The notes: generated from the sequence alone by a model not told the origin. A DNA stretch of 24,000 bases from Fibrisoma limi BUZ 3 (GCF_000296815.2 NZ_CAIT01000006.1:230777-254776); one strand, 5' to 3'; numbered from the stretch's first letter, positions 1 through 8,831 are shown. Numbers and translations are program-made.

Positions 1-789
1 CGGCTTTATAATACCTGTTTTCCCTACAAATACGATTTTAATAAGGAGCCCGAGAAGATTATGCGGGAGGTGCTGGATAAGCACGGAGTAAAAGCCATCA
101 AAATCTGGCCGTTTGACCGGGCCGCTTTGCACAACCGGGGGCAGTACGTCACCCAGGCCGACCTGGACGAAGCGTTGATGCCGGTTCGTAAACTACGGGA
201 TGCCTTCGGGGACAGTATCGACATTTTAATCGAATTTCACGGGCACTGGAACGTACCGGCCGCCATCCGAATAGCCAAAGCGCTGGAACCGTATAAACCA
301 ATGTGGCTGGAAGATATGCTCATGCCCGGTCAGTACCAGCAATACCGTCAGTTAGCCGAAGCGACCAGTTTGCCGCTCACCATCGGCGAGCGCATGGCGG
401 GTAAGCTTCAGTTCGAATCCCTGATGGAATCGCGGGCAGCCAAGTTCATCATGTTCGATGTGTGCTGGTGCGGAGGGTTGAGCGAGGCTCGCAAAATCAC
501 GGCCATGGCCGATGCGTACCAACTGCCGTTTGCTCCGCATACGGCGGGCGGCCCCCTGTTGTTCCATGCGTCTACGCACCTTTCGGCGGCCATGACCAAC
601 TGCGCCATTCAGGAAAGCTGCCAGCGATTCTACGAAAGCGACTGGGCAACAATGCTGGTGAATCCGCTGATGCCCAGGGATGGTATGATCACCCCACCCG
701 ATGCCCCCGGCTTTGGCATGGAGGTCAAGCCGGAGGTCTGGACTCACCCGGCGGTAGTGAAGCGCGAAAGCATTTTTACCAAATCATAG
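1..789 (+). CDS. Enolase-superfamily enzyme (mandelate racemase/muconate lactonizing enzyme family, acid-sugar-dehydratase-like); N-terminus lies left of the window
   Basis: Frame 1 is open from base 1 (RLYNTCFPYKYDFNKEPEKI precedes the Met at 61), so the gene is 5'-partial. The translation has C-terminal barrel hallmarks of the family: IDILIEFHGHW, MWLEDM, TIGERM, FDVCWCGGLSEARKI, PHTAGGPL. Stop TAG at 787-789. Confidence 0.8.
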   Translation, partial: RLYNTCFPYKYDFNKEPEKIMREVLDKHGVKAIKIWPFDRAALHNRGQYVTQADLDEALMPVRKLRDAFGDSIDILIEFHGHWNVPAAIRIAKALEPYKPMWLEDMLMPGQYQQYRQLAEATSLPLTIGERMAGKLQFESLMESRAAKFIMFDVCWCGGLSEARKITAMADAYQLPFAPHTAGGPLLFHASTHLSAAMTNCAIQESCQRFYESDWATMLVNPLMPRDGMITPPDAPGFGMEVKPEVWTHPAVVKRESIFTKS

Positions 790-997
790 CTTGATCAGCT
801 ACCGACCAGCAGAGATCCCGGCCGTACTGGCACTATTTCGCTGGGCTAGTTTTGAGAGGTACGTATTGCGCGCACGCCGACAGGATGCGCTGAACTGGTC
901 AGTAACGAAAACTATACAAGGAACCGGAATTCGTATAATCCACCCCCCAGCCGATGGGGCGACCTTTGTCTTGTTCGACAACTAAACAAGTACAACC

Positions 998-1840
998 ATG
1001 AACAAGGTAGTGATTATCACCGGGGCCTCTTCGGGTATTGGTAACGAAAGCGCTAAGCTGTTTGCGCAGAACGGGTATCGGGTATTTGCCACTGCACGTA
1101 GCCTGGATCGTATGAAGGACCTCGAAGCACTGGGCTGCATTACGGTACGGTTAGACGTAACGGATGAAGCGAGTATTCAGCAGGCCTTTCAGCAGATTTT
1201 TGCACAGACCGATCAGGTCGACGTACTGGTCAATAACGCCGGGTTTTCGCAGAATGGCTTTTTGGAAGAGTTAACCCCACAACACCTGCGTTATCAGTTC
1301 GACGTCAATGTATTTGGGCTGGTGCGCGTGACGCAGATGGTATTACCCAAAATGCGCCAGGCCCGCAGGGGACGGATCATCAACGTAGGTTCCGTTGGGG
1401 GCGAATTTACCACGCCCGGTGCCAGCGCCTACCATGCGTCGAAATATGCGCTCGAAAGCCTGACTGACGGACTCCGGCAGGAAGTGAACCAGTTTGGTAT
1501 TCAGGTTGTGCTGATCAAGCCCGGTGGCGTTGAAACCGAGTTTGTCAGTAACTCCACCGCGTTCTATCCTGAGCCCATTGACGGGAACCCCTACGGCGAC
1601 TGGCGACAACGATTTACGAACATGCTCGCCACCGTGGTTGACTCGCAGAAGAGCAGTTTCCCGATCTTGACGCCCGTTGAGGTAGCTGAGGTTATTGTGC
1701 AGGCGGCTGCTGAGCCGGAGCCGCAGACCCGCTACCGCATCGGCGAAACGGCCCAGACTATGCCGCAGTTGAAGGGCAGCATGAGTGATAAGGAGTTCGA
1801 CGGGCTGATGCTGAAACAATTTGGGTTTATCGACGGATGA
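998..1840 (+). CDS. Short-chain dehydrogenase/reductase (SDR family oxidoreductase)
   Basis: N-terminal Rossmann motif VVIITGASSGIG, the NNAG motif (VLVNNAGF) and the catalytic YxxxK (YHASKYAL). 280 aa is typical for a classical SDR. Confidence 0.9.
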   Translation: MNKVVIITGASSGIGNESAKLFAQNGYRVFATARSLDRMKDLEALGCITVRLDVTDEASIQQAFQQIFAQTDQVDVLVNNAGFSQNGFLEELTPQHLRYQFDVNVFGLVRVTQMVLPKMRQARRGRIINVGSVGGEFTTPGASAYHASKYALESLTDGLRQEVNQFGIQVVLIKPGGVETEFVSNSTAFYPEPIDGNPYGDWRQRFTNMLATVVDSQKSSFPILTPVEVAEVIVQAAAEPEPQTRYRIGETAQTMPQLKGSMSDKEFDGLMLKQFGFIDG

Positions 1841-2745
1841 GCGATTTTCTGAAAATAGAATCCATTAGTCAACTGCATCGGATGCTGGGGTACGACAAAC
1901 CCCGGCATCCGTTAATTACCGTGATTGACTACAGCCAGGTCAAAAACCGACCGGAGCATTTCAACGTGAAAATCGTTGTTGATTTCTACGTGATCAGCCT
2001 CAAAAGTCCGGCCCCGGTAGCCCTTCAGTACGGACGGCAGTATTACGACTTCGATGAAGGAACGATGCTGTTCATGGCTCCAGGTCAGGTCTTTTCGGTT
2101 CAGGAGTTCAACGAGGATAGCCAGTATGATGGCTGGGGATTGTACTTTCACCCGGACCTGCTTGTACAGGCTGACCTGGGTAGGCGGATGAAGGAATATA
2201 CCTTCTTTTCGTACGCCGTCAGCGAAGCGCTGCACGTTTCGGAGGACGAGCAACAGACGCTCTCGGTGCTGGTCGATACGATACGTAAAGAGTATAGCAG
2301 TAACCTGGATGTCTACAGCCAGCGGGTGATCGTTACCGCCATCGAACAATTGCTCAACTACGCGCAGCGGTTCTACGGACGGCAGTTTCTGACCCGGCAG
2401 AAATTCAATACCGACCTCATCTCCCGATTCGAAGCGTTGCTGGCCGGTTACTTTGCTAGGGGGCAGCAGACGGAGCAGGGTCTTCCGGCCGTCGAATACC
2501 TGGCGGCTGAACTGCACCTGTCGCCCAGCTACCTGACCGACCTCCTTAAACGCGAAACGGGTAAGACCACGAAAGAGTACATTCAGACTTACGTCATTGA
2601 GCAGGCGAAACTCCGGCTGCTGAACTCCACCGAAACGGTCAACGAAATTGCGTATGGACTGGGGTTCGACTATCCGCAGTACTTCAATCGGCTTTTCAAG
2701 GCCAAAACGGGCATGACGCCCGTGGAGTACCGGACGCTGAACTGA
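1837..2745 (+). CDS. AraC-family transcriptional regulator
   Basis: C-terminal double HTH signature of AraC/XylS (LAAELHLSPSYLTDLLKRETGKTTKEYI ... EIAYGLGFDYPQYFNRLFKAKTGMTPVEYR). The start overlaps the SDR stop as ATGA at 1837-1840. Confidence 0.9.
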   Translation: MSDFLKIESISQLHRMLGYDKPRHPLITVIDYSQVKNRPEHFNVKIVVDFYVISLKSPAPVALQYGRQYYDFDEGTMLFMAPGQVFSVQEFNEDSQYDGWGLYFHPDLLVQADLGRRMKEYTFFSYAVSEALHVSEDEQQTLSVLVDTIRKEYSSNLDVYSQRVIVTAIEQLLNYAQRFYGRQFLTRQKFNTDLISRFEALLAGYFARGQQTEQGLPAVEYLAAELHLSPSYLTDLLKRETGKTTKEYIQTYVIEQAKLRLLNSTETVNEIAYGLGFDYPQYFNRLFKAKTGMTPVEYRTLN

Positions 2746-2844
2746 TGCCTATTCGCGTCGCCATTACTCATGGCTGGTCAGCTAATGTCCGAAAAGTACC
2801 GAGTAAAGTAAATCCTGTTCTAACGGCGGGGGTAGCGGCCAAAA

Positions 2845-2852
2845 TACCTTTG
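2845..2852 (+). promoter_or_regulatory. Candidate Bacteroidota-type -7 promoter box (TAnnTTTG) for the YceI-SDR pair
   Basis: TACCTTTG is an exact match to the TAnnTTTG consensus, 23 nt upstream of the ATG at 2875, in the 129-bp intergenic spacer. No clear -33 TTG partner was seen. Confidence 0.3.
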
Positions 2853-2874
2853 TGTCAGTCAATCAACGCAGCAT

Positions 2875-3420
2875 ATGACACAACAGGAACAACTTACGCA
2901 ATGGATTTTTGAACCGGCCCACTGCAAAATCGGCTTTTCCGTAACGCACTTCGGCATCACCGAAACGGAGGGACATTTCACCCGCTTCGAGGGGGCCGTC
3001 GCTACGGATACCGATGATTTTTCCGATGCCCGGGTAACGATGCATATCGACGTGAGCAGCATCGATACGCTGGAAGCGCAACGGAACGCGCATCTGCTTT
3101 CGGCCGATTTCTTCGATGCCGCCCGGTATCCCCGGATGACGTTCGTCAGCACAGACATGCACGTAGTTGCGAAAAATACCTACAAAATGACCGGCGACCT
3201 GACCATCCGGGGCGTTCCGAAGCCGGTGGAACTGGATGTAATGTTTACCGGCATCGTACCGAAAGATCCGTTTGGTCATACCAAAGCCGGGTTGAAAGTA
3301 ACCGGTACTATCAACCGCAAAGAGTGGGGGATGACCTGGAACAACATCATGGATTTTGGTGGGCTGGCCGTGGGTGAACAGGTACGAATCAACTGTCAGA
3401 TAGAACTGCAAAAGCAATGA
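2875..3420 (+). CDS. YceI-family (polyisoprenoid-binding-like) protein, apparently cytoplasmic
   Basis: Characteristic YceI N-terminus (CKIGFSVTHFGITETEGHFTRFEGAV), then HLLSADFFDAARYP and MTGDLTIRGV. No signal peptide is visible. Confidence 0.85.
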   Translation: MTQQEQLTQWIFEPAHCKIGFSVTHFGITETEGHFTRFEGAVATDTDDFSDARVTMHIDVSSIDTLEAQRNAHLLSADFFDAARYPRMTFVSTDMHVVAKNTYKMTGDLTIRGVPKPVELDVMFTGIVPKDPFGHTKAGLKVTGTINRKEWGMTWNNIMDFGGLAVGEQVRINCQIELQKQ

Positions 3421-4271
3421 CCCCGAACCACAAGCAACGAATCTGGGTGATCACCGGCGTGTCGAGCGGCCTTGGGAAAGCCCTCGCCGAACAGGTGATG
3501 ACGCAGGGCGACCGGGTAATCGGTACGTGTCGCCAACCCGGGCAGGTTGAGAATTTTACCACAACAAATCCCGGTCGGGGATACGGGCTGCTGCTGGACC
3601 TAACCCGTCGGGACCAGATAGAACAGGTTGCGCAGGCGGTTGAGCGCGAATGGGGGCGTATCGATGTACTGGTTAATAACGCTGGTTTCGGCTTTGCCGG
3701 GGCCATCGAGGAAACTACCGATACTGAACTGCGCGCTATTTTCGAGACTAACTTTTTCGGGACTATGGCGCTTACCAATGCGTTTCTGCCCCTGTTCCGG
3801 CGGCAACGGAGCGGACACATCATCCAGCTATCGTCGCATGGGGGCGTCAGGGCATTTCCGGGTTTTGGTGGGTATAATGCCAGCAAGTTTGCGCTGGAGG
3901 GAGCCAGTGAAGCCCTGGCGGCCGAAGTAGCTCCCCTGGGCATCAACGTGAGTATTGTTGAGCCGGGGCCATTTCGAACGGATTTTGCGGGCAGTAGCTT
4001 CGGGCAGGCAGCGCAGCGACTGGCCGATTATGAACCAACGGCCGGGGCGTTCCGCGACCGTATGGCGCAGGTGAATGGTCGGCAGGAAGGCGATCCTGTA
4101 AAAGCTGCCGAAGCAATCTGGCAACTCAGCAACCAGGAAAATCCACCCCTTCGGCTGCCCCTTGGGCGTATCGCTCTGGCGTCGATCTTGGCCAAAATAG
4201 AGAGTCTTCGACAGGATGTGGAGGCCGGCCGGGACGTAGCCACCCAGGCCGTATTCGAACCGGCTGGTTGA
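3417..4271 (+). CDS. Short-chain dehydrogenase/reductase (SDR family oxidoreductase)
   Basis: IWVITGVSSGLGKALA glycine-rich motif, VLVNNAGFG, catalytic YNASKFAL. The start overlaps the YceI stop as ATGA at 3417-3420. Confidence 0.9.
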   Translation: MTPNHKQRIWVITGVSSGLGKALAEQVMTQGDRVIGTCRQPGQVENFTTTNPGRGYGLLLDLTRRDQIEQVAQAVEREWGRIDVLVNNAGFGFAGAIEETTDTELRAIFETNFFGTMALTNAFLPLFRRQRSGHIIQLSSHGGVRAFPGFGGYNASKFALEGASEALAAEVAPLGINVSIVEPGPFRTDFAGSSFGQAAQRLADYEPTAGAFRDRMAQVNGRQEGDPVKAAEAIWQLSNQENPPLRLPLGRIALASILAKIESLRQDVEAGRDVATQAVFEPAG

Positions 4272-4367
4272 AGTAGAGAATACAGAGAGGCCGCTTATGC
4301 CTATGGAGTCGGGGAGGGGTATCCCATAGGGATGCTCGTTCCGCTCCGGCATAATCGGCTTTTGTGC

Positions 4368-6110
4368 ATGAAACGATTAACCCTACTTTTTCTGGTCCAG
4401 CTACTGAGCGTGCTGGTTCCCCGGCTCTATGGGCAGACAACCGGCAAAGGTGACCGGATTACCGGGGCCAATTTTGCAACCCGCAGCCCTGTGCTGGGTC
4501 GGCACGGTATGGTGGCCACCAGTCACCCGCTGGCTACGCAGGTTGGACTGGACGTACTGAAGCAGGGTGGTACGGCCATTGATGCCGCCATTGCCGCCAA
4601 TGCCCTGCTCGGGCTGGTCGAGCCCAACAACTGCGGCATTGGGGGCGATCTGTTCGCCATTGTCTGGTCGGCCAAAGACCACCGGCTCTATGCCCTCAAC
4701 GCCAGCGGGCGCTCACCGAAAGGGGTGACCTACGAAGGTATGCAAAAACTACTGGGCAGCCGTACCCAGCTTCCGCTCTATGGTCCTTTATCGGTTTCGG
4801 TGCCGGGGGCCGTCGATGGCTGGTTTCAACTGCACAGCCGGTTCGGTAAGCTGCCCATGCGTAACCTGCTGGCCCCTGGCATTCGCTACGCCAGAGAAGG
4901 GGTTCCGGTGGCGCAGGTTATTGCTTATTCCTGGCAGGTAGCCGCCCGGCGACTGGCCGCCAATCGGGACGAAATTCATGAGTTCGAGAATTTCCAGCGG
5001 ACATTTCTACCGGGTGGTCAGCCCCCGTTCGAAGGCCAGCTTTTCAAAAATCCGGATTTAGCCACAACCTATGCCGCCATTGCTTCCGGCGGGCGCGATG
5101 CCTTCTACAAGGGTCGGTTGGCGGAGGTCATGGACCAATACGCCCGTCGGACCGGTATGCCGCTACGGAAAGAAGATTTGACCGCTCACCGGAGTACGTG
5201 GATTGACCCGGTGTCGGTTAATTACCGGGGCTACGACGTGTACGAACTGCCGCCAAACGGCCAGGGCGTAGCGGTTTTGCAGATGCTGAACATACTGGAA
5301 GGCTACGACCTGAAAAAGATGGGGCACAACAGCGCCGATTACCTGCATCTGCTGGTAGAAGCCAAAAAGCTGGCCTACGAAGATCGGGCCCGCTACTACG
5401 CCGATCCCGAGTTCAGCGACATACCGCTCAACTGGCTGGTGTCAAAAGACTACGCAGCCCAGCGCCGGAAGCTGATCGATCCCGCGAAAGCCGCTGAGCG
5501 CCTGGATGCCGGTGATCCGGCGCTGAAAACCGGCGATACGGTGTTTCTGAGCGTAGCCGACGAGGAAGGTAATATGGTGTCGTTCATCCAGAGTAACATG
5601 CTGGAATTCGGGAGCGGTCTGGTCCCCGATGGGCTGGGCTTTGTCTTTCACAACCGGGGTACCAGTTTTACGATGAAGCCCGGCCACGCCAATGTGTACG
5701 CCCCCGGCAAACGGCCCTTCACGACCATCATCCCTGGTTTCGTACTGAAAGATGGGCAACCGTTTCTGAGTTTCGGCGTGATGGGCGGGCCGGTGCAGCC
5801 CCAGGGCCATGTGCAGGTGCTGTGTAATCTGATTGATTTCGGGATGAACGTTCAGGAAGCTGGTGATGCCGCCCGGTTCAGTCATTCGGGCAGTAGTGAG
5901 CCCATCGGAACCCTCATGACCGATGGCGGGCGTCTGGCGCTCGAATCCGGTATTGCCAACGACGTGCGGGCTGATCTGGAACGACGTGGCCATCGCCTGG
6001 CCGAAACAGATTTCTTCGGTGGCTATCAGGCCATTCAGTGGGATGCTGTCAATCGAATCTATTGGGGTGCTTCCGAAATGCGGAAGGATGGTCAGGCGGC
6101 CGGGTATTAA
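4368..6110 (+). CDS. ggt: Gamma-glutamyltransferase (secreted/periplasmic Ntn hydrolase)
   Basis: GMVATSHPLATQVGLDVLKQGGTAIDAAIAA, CGIGGDLF, the autoprocessing/nucleophile region GDTVFLSVADEEGNMVSFIQSN, and C-terminal FGVMGGPVQPQG. I chose the Met at 4368 (MKRLTLLFLVQLLSVLV..., signal-peptide-like) over the ORF-track start at 4332. Confidence 0.9.
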   Translation: MKRLTLLFLVQLLSVLVPRLYGQTTGKGDRITGANFATRSPVLGRHGMVATSHPLATQVGLDVLKQGGTAIDAAIAANALLGLVEPNNCGIGGDLFAIVWSAKDHRLYALNASGRSPKGVTYEGMQKLLGSRTQLPLYGPLSVSVPGAVDGWFQLHSRFGKLPMRNLLAPGIRYAREGVPVAQVIAYSWQVAARRLAANRDEIHEFENFQRTFLPGGQPPFEGQLFKNPDLATTYAAIASGGRDAFYKGRLAEVMDQYARRTGMPLRKEDLTAHRSTWIDPVSVNYRGYDVYELPPNGQGVAVLQMLNILEGYDLKKMGHNSADYLHLLVEAKKLAYEDRARYYADPEFSDIPLNWLVSKDYAAQRRKLIDPAKAAERLDAGDPALKTGDTVFLSVADEEGNMVSFIQSNMLEFGSGLVPDGLGFVFHNRGTSFTMKPGHANVYAPGKRPFTTIIPGFVLKDGQPFLSFGVMGGPVQPQGHVQVLCNLIDFGMNVQEAGDAARFSHSGSSEPIGTLMTDGGRLALESGIANDVRADLERRGHRLAETDFFGGYQAIQWDAVNRIYWGASEMRKDGQAAGY

Positions 6111-6126
6111 TTACGCTCCGTCGTGA

Positions 6127-6150
6127 GACTTACGAAATATCGTAAAAGTC
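6127..6150 (+). terminator. Possible weak terminator hairpin after ggt
   Basis: GACTTACGA-aata-TCGTAAaaGTC is an imperfect inverted repeat with a 2-nt bulge, 17 nt after the ggt stop, followed by AT-rich DNA. There is no strong U-tract. Confidence 0.3.
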
Positions 6151-6265
6151 TGAACGGTTTCTTAATTCTGAAGAGAAGTTTAGTTCTTGATTGTCAATAG
6201 AATAACAGACTTAGTGCCGGTGGTACAGACCTTGCAACAGGAAAGGTAACTGCTTTACGACTGGC

Positions 6266-6991
6266 ATGTGTACCGCAACGTATCTACCCCTCAGCCCAAC
6301 CGGCTTTATCCTGACTCACAGTCGCGACGAGAAAGCGATCCGTCCGTCGGCCCTTTTGCCGGAGGGTGTTCAGATCGGCGATTTTCGCGTTACGTTCCCC
6401 AGGGACCCCCAGGGCCACGGCACCTGGATCGCTGCATCGACGGAGATGACCGTTTGTTTGCTCAACGGCGGTTTTGTGCCCCACCTGCCGCAGCCCCCAT
6501 ATCGACACAGCCGTGGGCTGGTTCCGCTGCACGTCTTTACGTATTCCTCCATCCAGGCGTTTGCGGATGCCTATGACTTTGCCGGTGTCGAGCCGTTTAC
6601 GCTGCTTGCGCTGGAATCCGACCGACTGACGGAACTGCGCTGGACGGGTCGGCGGCTATTCATTCACGACAAAGATCCGAAGCGGCCGCACATCTGGTCG
6701 TCGGTGACGCTCTATACCCCGGAGGTGATCGAAAAGCGCGAAGCCTGGTTTCGCAACTGGCAACTGAGCCACCCAAACCCATCCGTCGCCGACATCCGGG
6801 CGTTTCATCAGTTCACCGGAGATGGCGACCGGGAAAATGCCCTCCGTATGAACCGTAACAACGAGCTTTTTACGGTCAGCCTGACCAGCGTCGTCCATCG
6901 TCCCGACCAGACGGAGATGATCTACCAGGATTTTGTGCAGCAACTCGTCCGCCAGATACCCATTCATGAATCCGCCTATGCAACCGCTTAG
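6266..6991 (+). CDS. NRDE-family protein (DUF833 / TANGO2-like, putative N-terminal-Cys hydrolase fold)
   Basis: Starts Met-Cys (MCTATYL...). It has the family motif as a SRDE variant (ILTHSRDEKAIRP), then RDPQGHGTWIAAS and VCLLNGGF, matching the NRDE...GGTW...LTN layout. 241 aa fits the family. Confidence 0.75.
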   Translation: MCTATYLPLSPTGFILTHSRDEKAIRPSALLPEGVQIGDFRVTFPRDPQGHGTWIAASTEMTVCLLNGGFVPHLPQPPYRHSRGLVPLHVFTYSSIQAFADAYDFAGVEPFTLLALESDRLTELRWTGRRLFIHDKDPKRPHIWSSVTLYTPEVIEKREAWFRNWQLSHPNPSVADIRAFHQFTGDGDRENALRMNRNNELFTVSLTSVVHRPDQTEMIYQDFVQQLVRQIPIHESAYATA

Positions 6992-8096
6992 TTCGTCCGT
7001 TAATCAACCCGCCAGTTTCCGGGAAACAGTACAGGCATTTCTGCCCCGCTTCCGGTTCGATAGTCCGTTCTTTATCCGGTTGCGGCACTGGGAATACTGG
7101 CCGTTTGCGGTGGTGTACTTCCCCATCTTCATCTATCACCTCTGGCTGTCGATTAAAGCGCGGTCGCTGTTTTTCTTTTCGGCGGCCAACCCGTCCATCG
7201 AAACGGGGGGACTTCTGGGCGAATCGAAAATTGACATTCTGGATCGCATCAGCGATGAGTTCAAGCCGAAAACACTGTTTGTTACTCGTCAGGCTCACAT
7301 TGATGTGGTACTGAGGCAGGTATCGGAACTGAGACTGACGTACCCGCTGATAGCCAAGCCCAACGTAGGGGAGCGAGGCTGGCGGGTCGAAAAGATTGAG
7401 CACTGGGAGGACCTGGTCAATTACAAACAAAGTAGTCCGGCCGATTTTCTGATTCAGGAGTACGTCGATGAACCGCTCGAACTGGGCATATTTTACTATC
7501 GGTCTCCTGAGCCGCGTTCGGACGGTCAGGCGCAGGGTGTGATTTCGTCCATCGTGCAGAAAGAGTTCCTGACCATTCGCGGAAACGGCCTCAATTGCAT
7601 TGAAGAGCTGATCATGCAGAACGAACGGGCTATTCTGCAACTGCCCGCCCTGAAGGCGAAGTACGGGCATCGCTTCCATGACATACCCGCACCCGGCGAG
7701 ACGATCACGCTGGTGTCGATCGGGAATCATAGCAAGGGAACCAAGTTTCTGGACGCCAATCATCTGATTACCCCCGAACTGACCCGCGTGTTTGACCGTA
7801 TCAGCGCCCCCATTGTCGGCTTTTACTACGGCCGCTACGATTTGCGCTGCCGCAGCGTGGCCGATCTGTACGCCGGTCGGCACATTCACATTCTGGAACT
7901 GAACGGTGCCGGGGCCGAACCAGCGCATATTTACCACCCAGGGTTTTCGATCTGGAAGGCCTACCGGGTGCTGTTTCATCATTGGCGGGTGCTGTACGAC
8001 ATCAGTCGGGCGAATCACCGCCGGGGCGTTGCCTACATGAGCCTGCGCGAAGCTATCCAATTCTGGCGCCGGATGCAGCGGGGGAAGAAAGCCTGA
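6966..8096 (+). CDS. ATP-grasp-fold carboxylate-amine ligase-like protein with hydrophobic N-terminal region
   Basis: Central and C-terminal ATP-grasp-type motifs: LIAKPNVGERGWRVEKI, FLIQEYVDEPLELGIFYY, GRYDLRC, and HILELNGAGAEPAHIY (the E-x-N metal site). The N-terminus has WEYWPFAVVYFPIFIYHLWLSI and SLFFFSAA hydrophobic stretches. The start is ambiguous (ATG at 6933, 6966 or 6978) and every choice overlaps the NRDE gene's 3' end. Confidence 0.65.
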   Translation: MNPPMQPLSSSVNQPASFRETVQAFLPRFRFDSPFFIRLRHWEYWPFAVVYFPIFIYHLWLSIKARSLFFFSAANPSIETGGLLGESKIDILDRISDEFKPKTLFVTRQAHIDVVLRQVSELRLTYPLIAKPNVGERGWRVEKIEHWEDLVNYKQSSPADFLIQEYVDEPLELGIFYYRSPEPRSDGQAQGVISSIVQKEFLTIRGNGLNCIEELIMQNERAILQLPALKAKYGHRFHDIPAPGETITLVSIGNHSKGTKFLDANHLITPELTRVFDRISAPIVGFYYGRYDLRCRSVADLYAGRHIHILELNGAGAEPAHIYHPGFSIWKAYRVLFHHWRVLYDISRANHRRGVAYMSLREAIQFWRRMQRGKKA

Positions 8097-8128
8097 CCGC
8101 CCGAATTACCGCACAACTAGAAATCATC

Positions 8129-8824
8129 ATGAACTCATTGTTTAGTCCTATCAATAGAGATTTGTCGGGCCTGCACGTCCTTGTTACGGCCGGTCCGACC
8201 CACGAAGCCATCGACCCCGTACGATACATCGGCAATCATTCAACCGGAAAAATGGGCTATGCTGTGGCCGATGTACTGGCAGAGCGCGGGGCAACGGTTA
8301 CACTCGTCAGCGGCCCGACGAACCTGACGGCCCAGCACCACGCCATTACGGTGATTCGGGTTCGGTCAGCGGCCGAGATGTACGAGGCCTGCCTGGATTA
8401 TTTTCCTACGGCCTCGATCACGGTATTGGCCGCGGCTGTGGCCGATTATACGCCCAAAGTGGTGGCTAACCGGAAGATCAAGAAGCAGGAGACTGCATTT
8501 ATGCTGGAACTGGTCAGGACGGTCGACATTGCGGCCAGTCTGGGGCAGCAGAAGAGCGACGACCAGTTTATGGTTGGCTTTGCGCTGGAAACGGATAACG
8601 AGCTGGCCAACGCGCAGGCCAAGCTGGTCAGTAAGAACCTGGATCTGATCGTATTGAATTCGCTCCGTGACGAGGGGGCTGCGTTCGGTCACGACACCAA
8701 TCAGATTACCATTCTGCACCGCGACGGTGGCATTCACCGCTTCGGGTTAAAAGCCAAACGGGAAGTAGCCCGTGATATCGTCGATGAAATTATCGTTGCG
8801 CTGAATACTGCTCACCTGAACTGA
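8129..8824 (+). CDS. coaB: Phosphopantothenate-cysteine ligase domain protein (CoaB-type, stand-alone; no CoaC flavoprotein domain)
   Basis: Close motif-by-motif resemblance to the CoaB half of Dfp/CoaBC: VLVTAGPTHEAIDPVRYIGNHSTGKMG, GATVTLVSGP, AAAVADYTP, KIKK, VGFALETDN, KNLDLIVLN. I chose the Met at 8129 (MNSLF). The ORF-track extension back to 7982 has no flavoprotein-like sequence and would overlap the upstream gene. Confidence 0.8.
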   Translation: MNSLFSPINRDLSGLHVLVTAGPTHEAIDPVRYIGNHSTGKMGYAVADVLAERGATVTLVSGPTNLTAQHHAITVIRVRSAAEMYEACLDYFPTASITVLAAAVADYTPKVVANRKIKKQETAFMLELVRTVDIAASLGQQKSDDQFMVGFALETDNELANAQAKLVSKNLDLIVLNSLRDEGAAFGHDTNQITILHRDGGIHRFGLKAKREVARDIVDEIIVALNTAHLN

Positions 8825-8831
8825 TATAACC

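Noticed and set aside
205-240. Glu instead of the usual Asp in the first putative metal-ligand position of the enolase-superfamily protein (IEFHGHW versus the DFHGR of galactonate dehydratases)
   Set aside because: The positional equivalence was judged by eye without an alignment, and the N-terminal half of the protein is outside the window. Such variation may simply define a known subgroup.
790-997. Small ORFs (791-985 plus strand with a TTG start, 799-981 minus strand) and the inverted repeat CTTGTT-n9-AACAAG (970-990) in the 208-bp spacer before the first SDR
   Set aside because: The ORFs are short, mutually overlapping, motif-free and start on a non-ATG codon. The 6-bp inverted repeat is too short to distinguish from chance. 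It could be an AraC-related site, but nothing supports that.
4300-4330. The inverted repeat CCTATGG ... CCATAGG after the second SDR, considered as a terminator or riboregulator upstream of ggt
   Set aside because: It has only a 7-bp stem with a 17-nt G-rich loop and no U-tract, which is too weak to call.
6876-8060. A 394-aa minus-strand ORF opposite the ATP-grasp gene
   Set aside because: The plus-strand product carries recognisable ATP-grasp motifs (ILELNGAGAEP and others). The minus-strand translation is low-complexity and R/G/P/V-rich, so it is a shadow ORF.
7982-8128. An N-terminal extension of the CoaB ORF that could have been a degenerate CoaC remnant
   Set aside because: The 49 extra residues (MAGAVRHQSGESPPGRCLHEPARS...) have no flavoprotein-like sequence and overlap the 3' end of the ATP-grasp gene by 115 nt. 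The Met at 8129 gives a canonical CoaB N-terminus.
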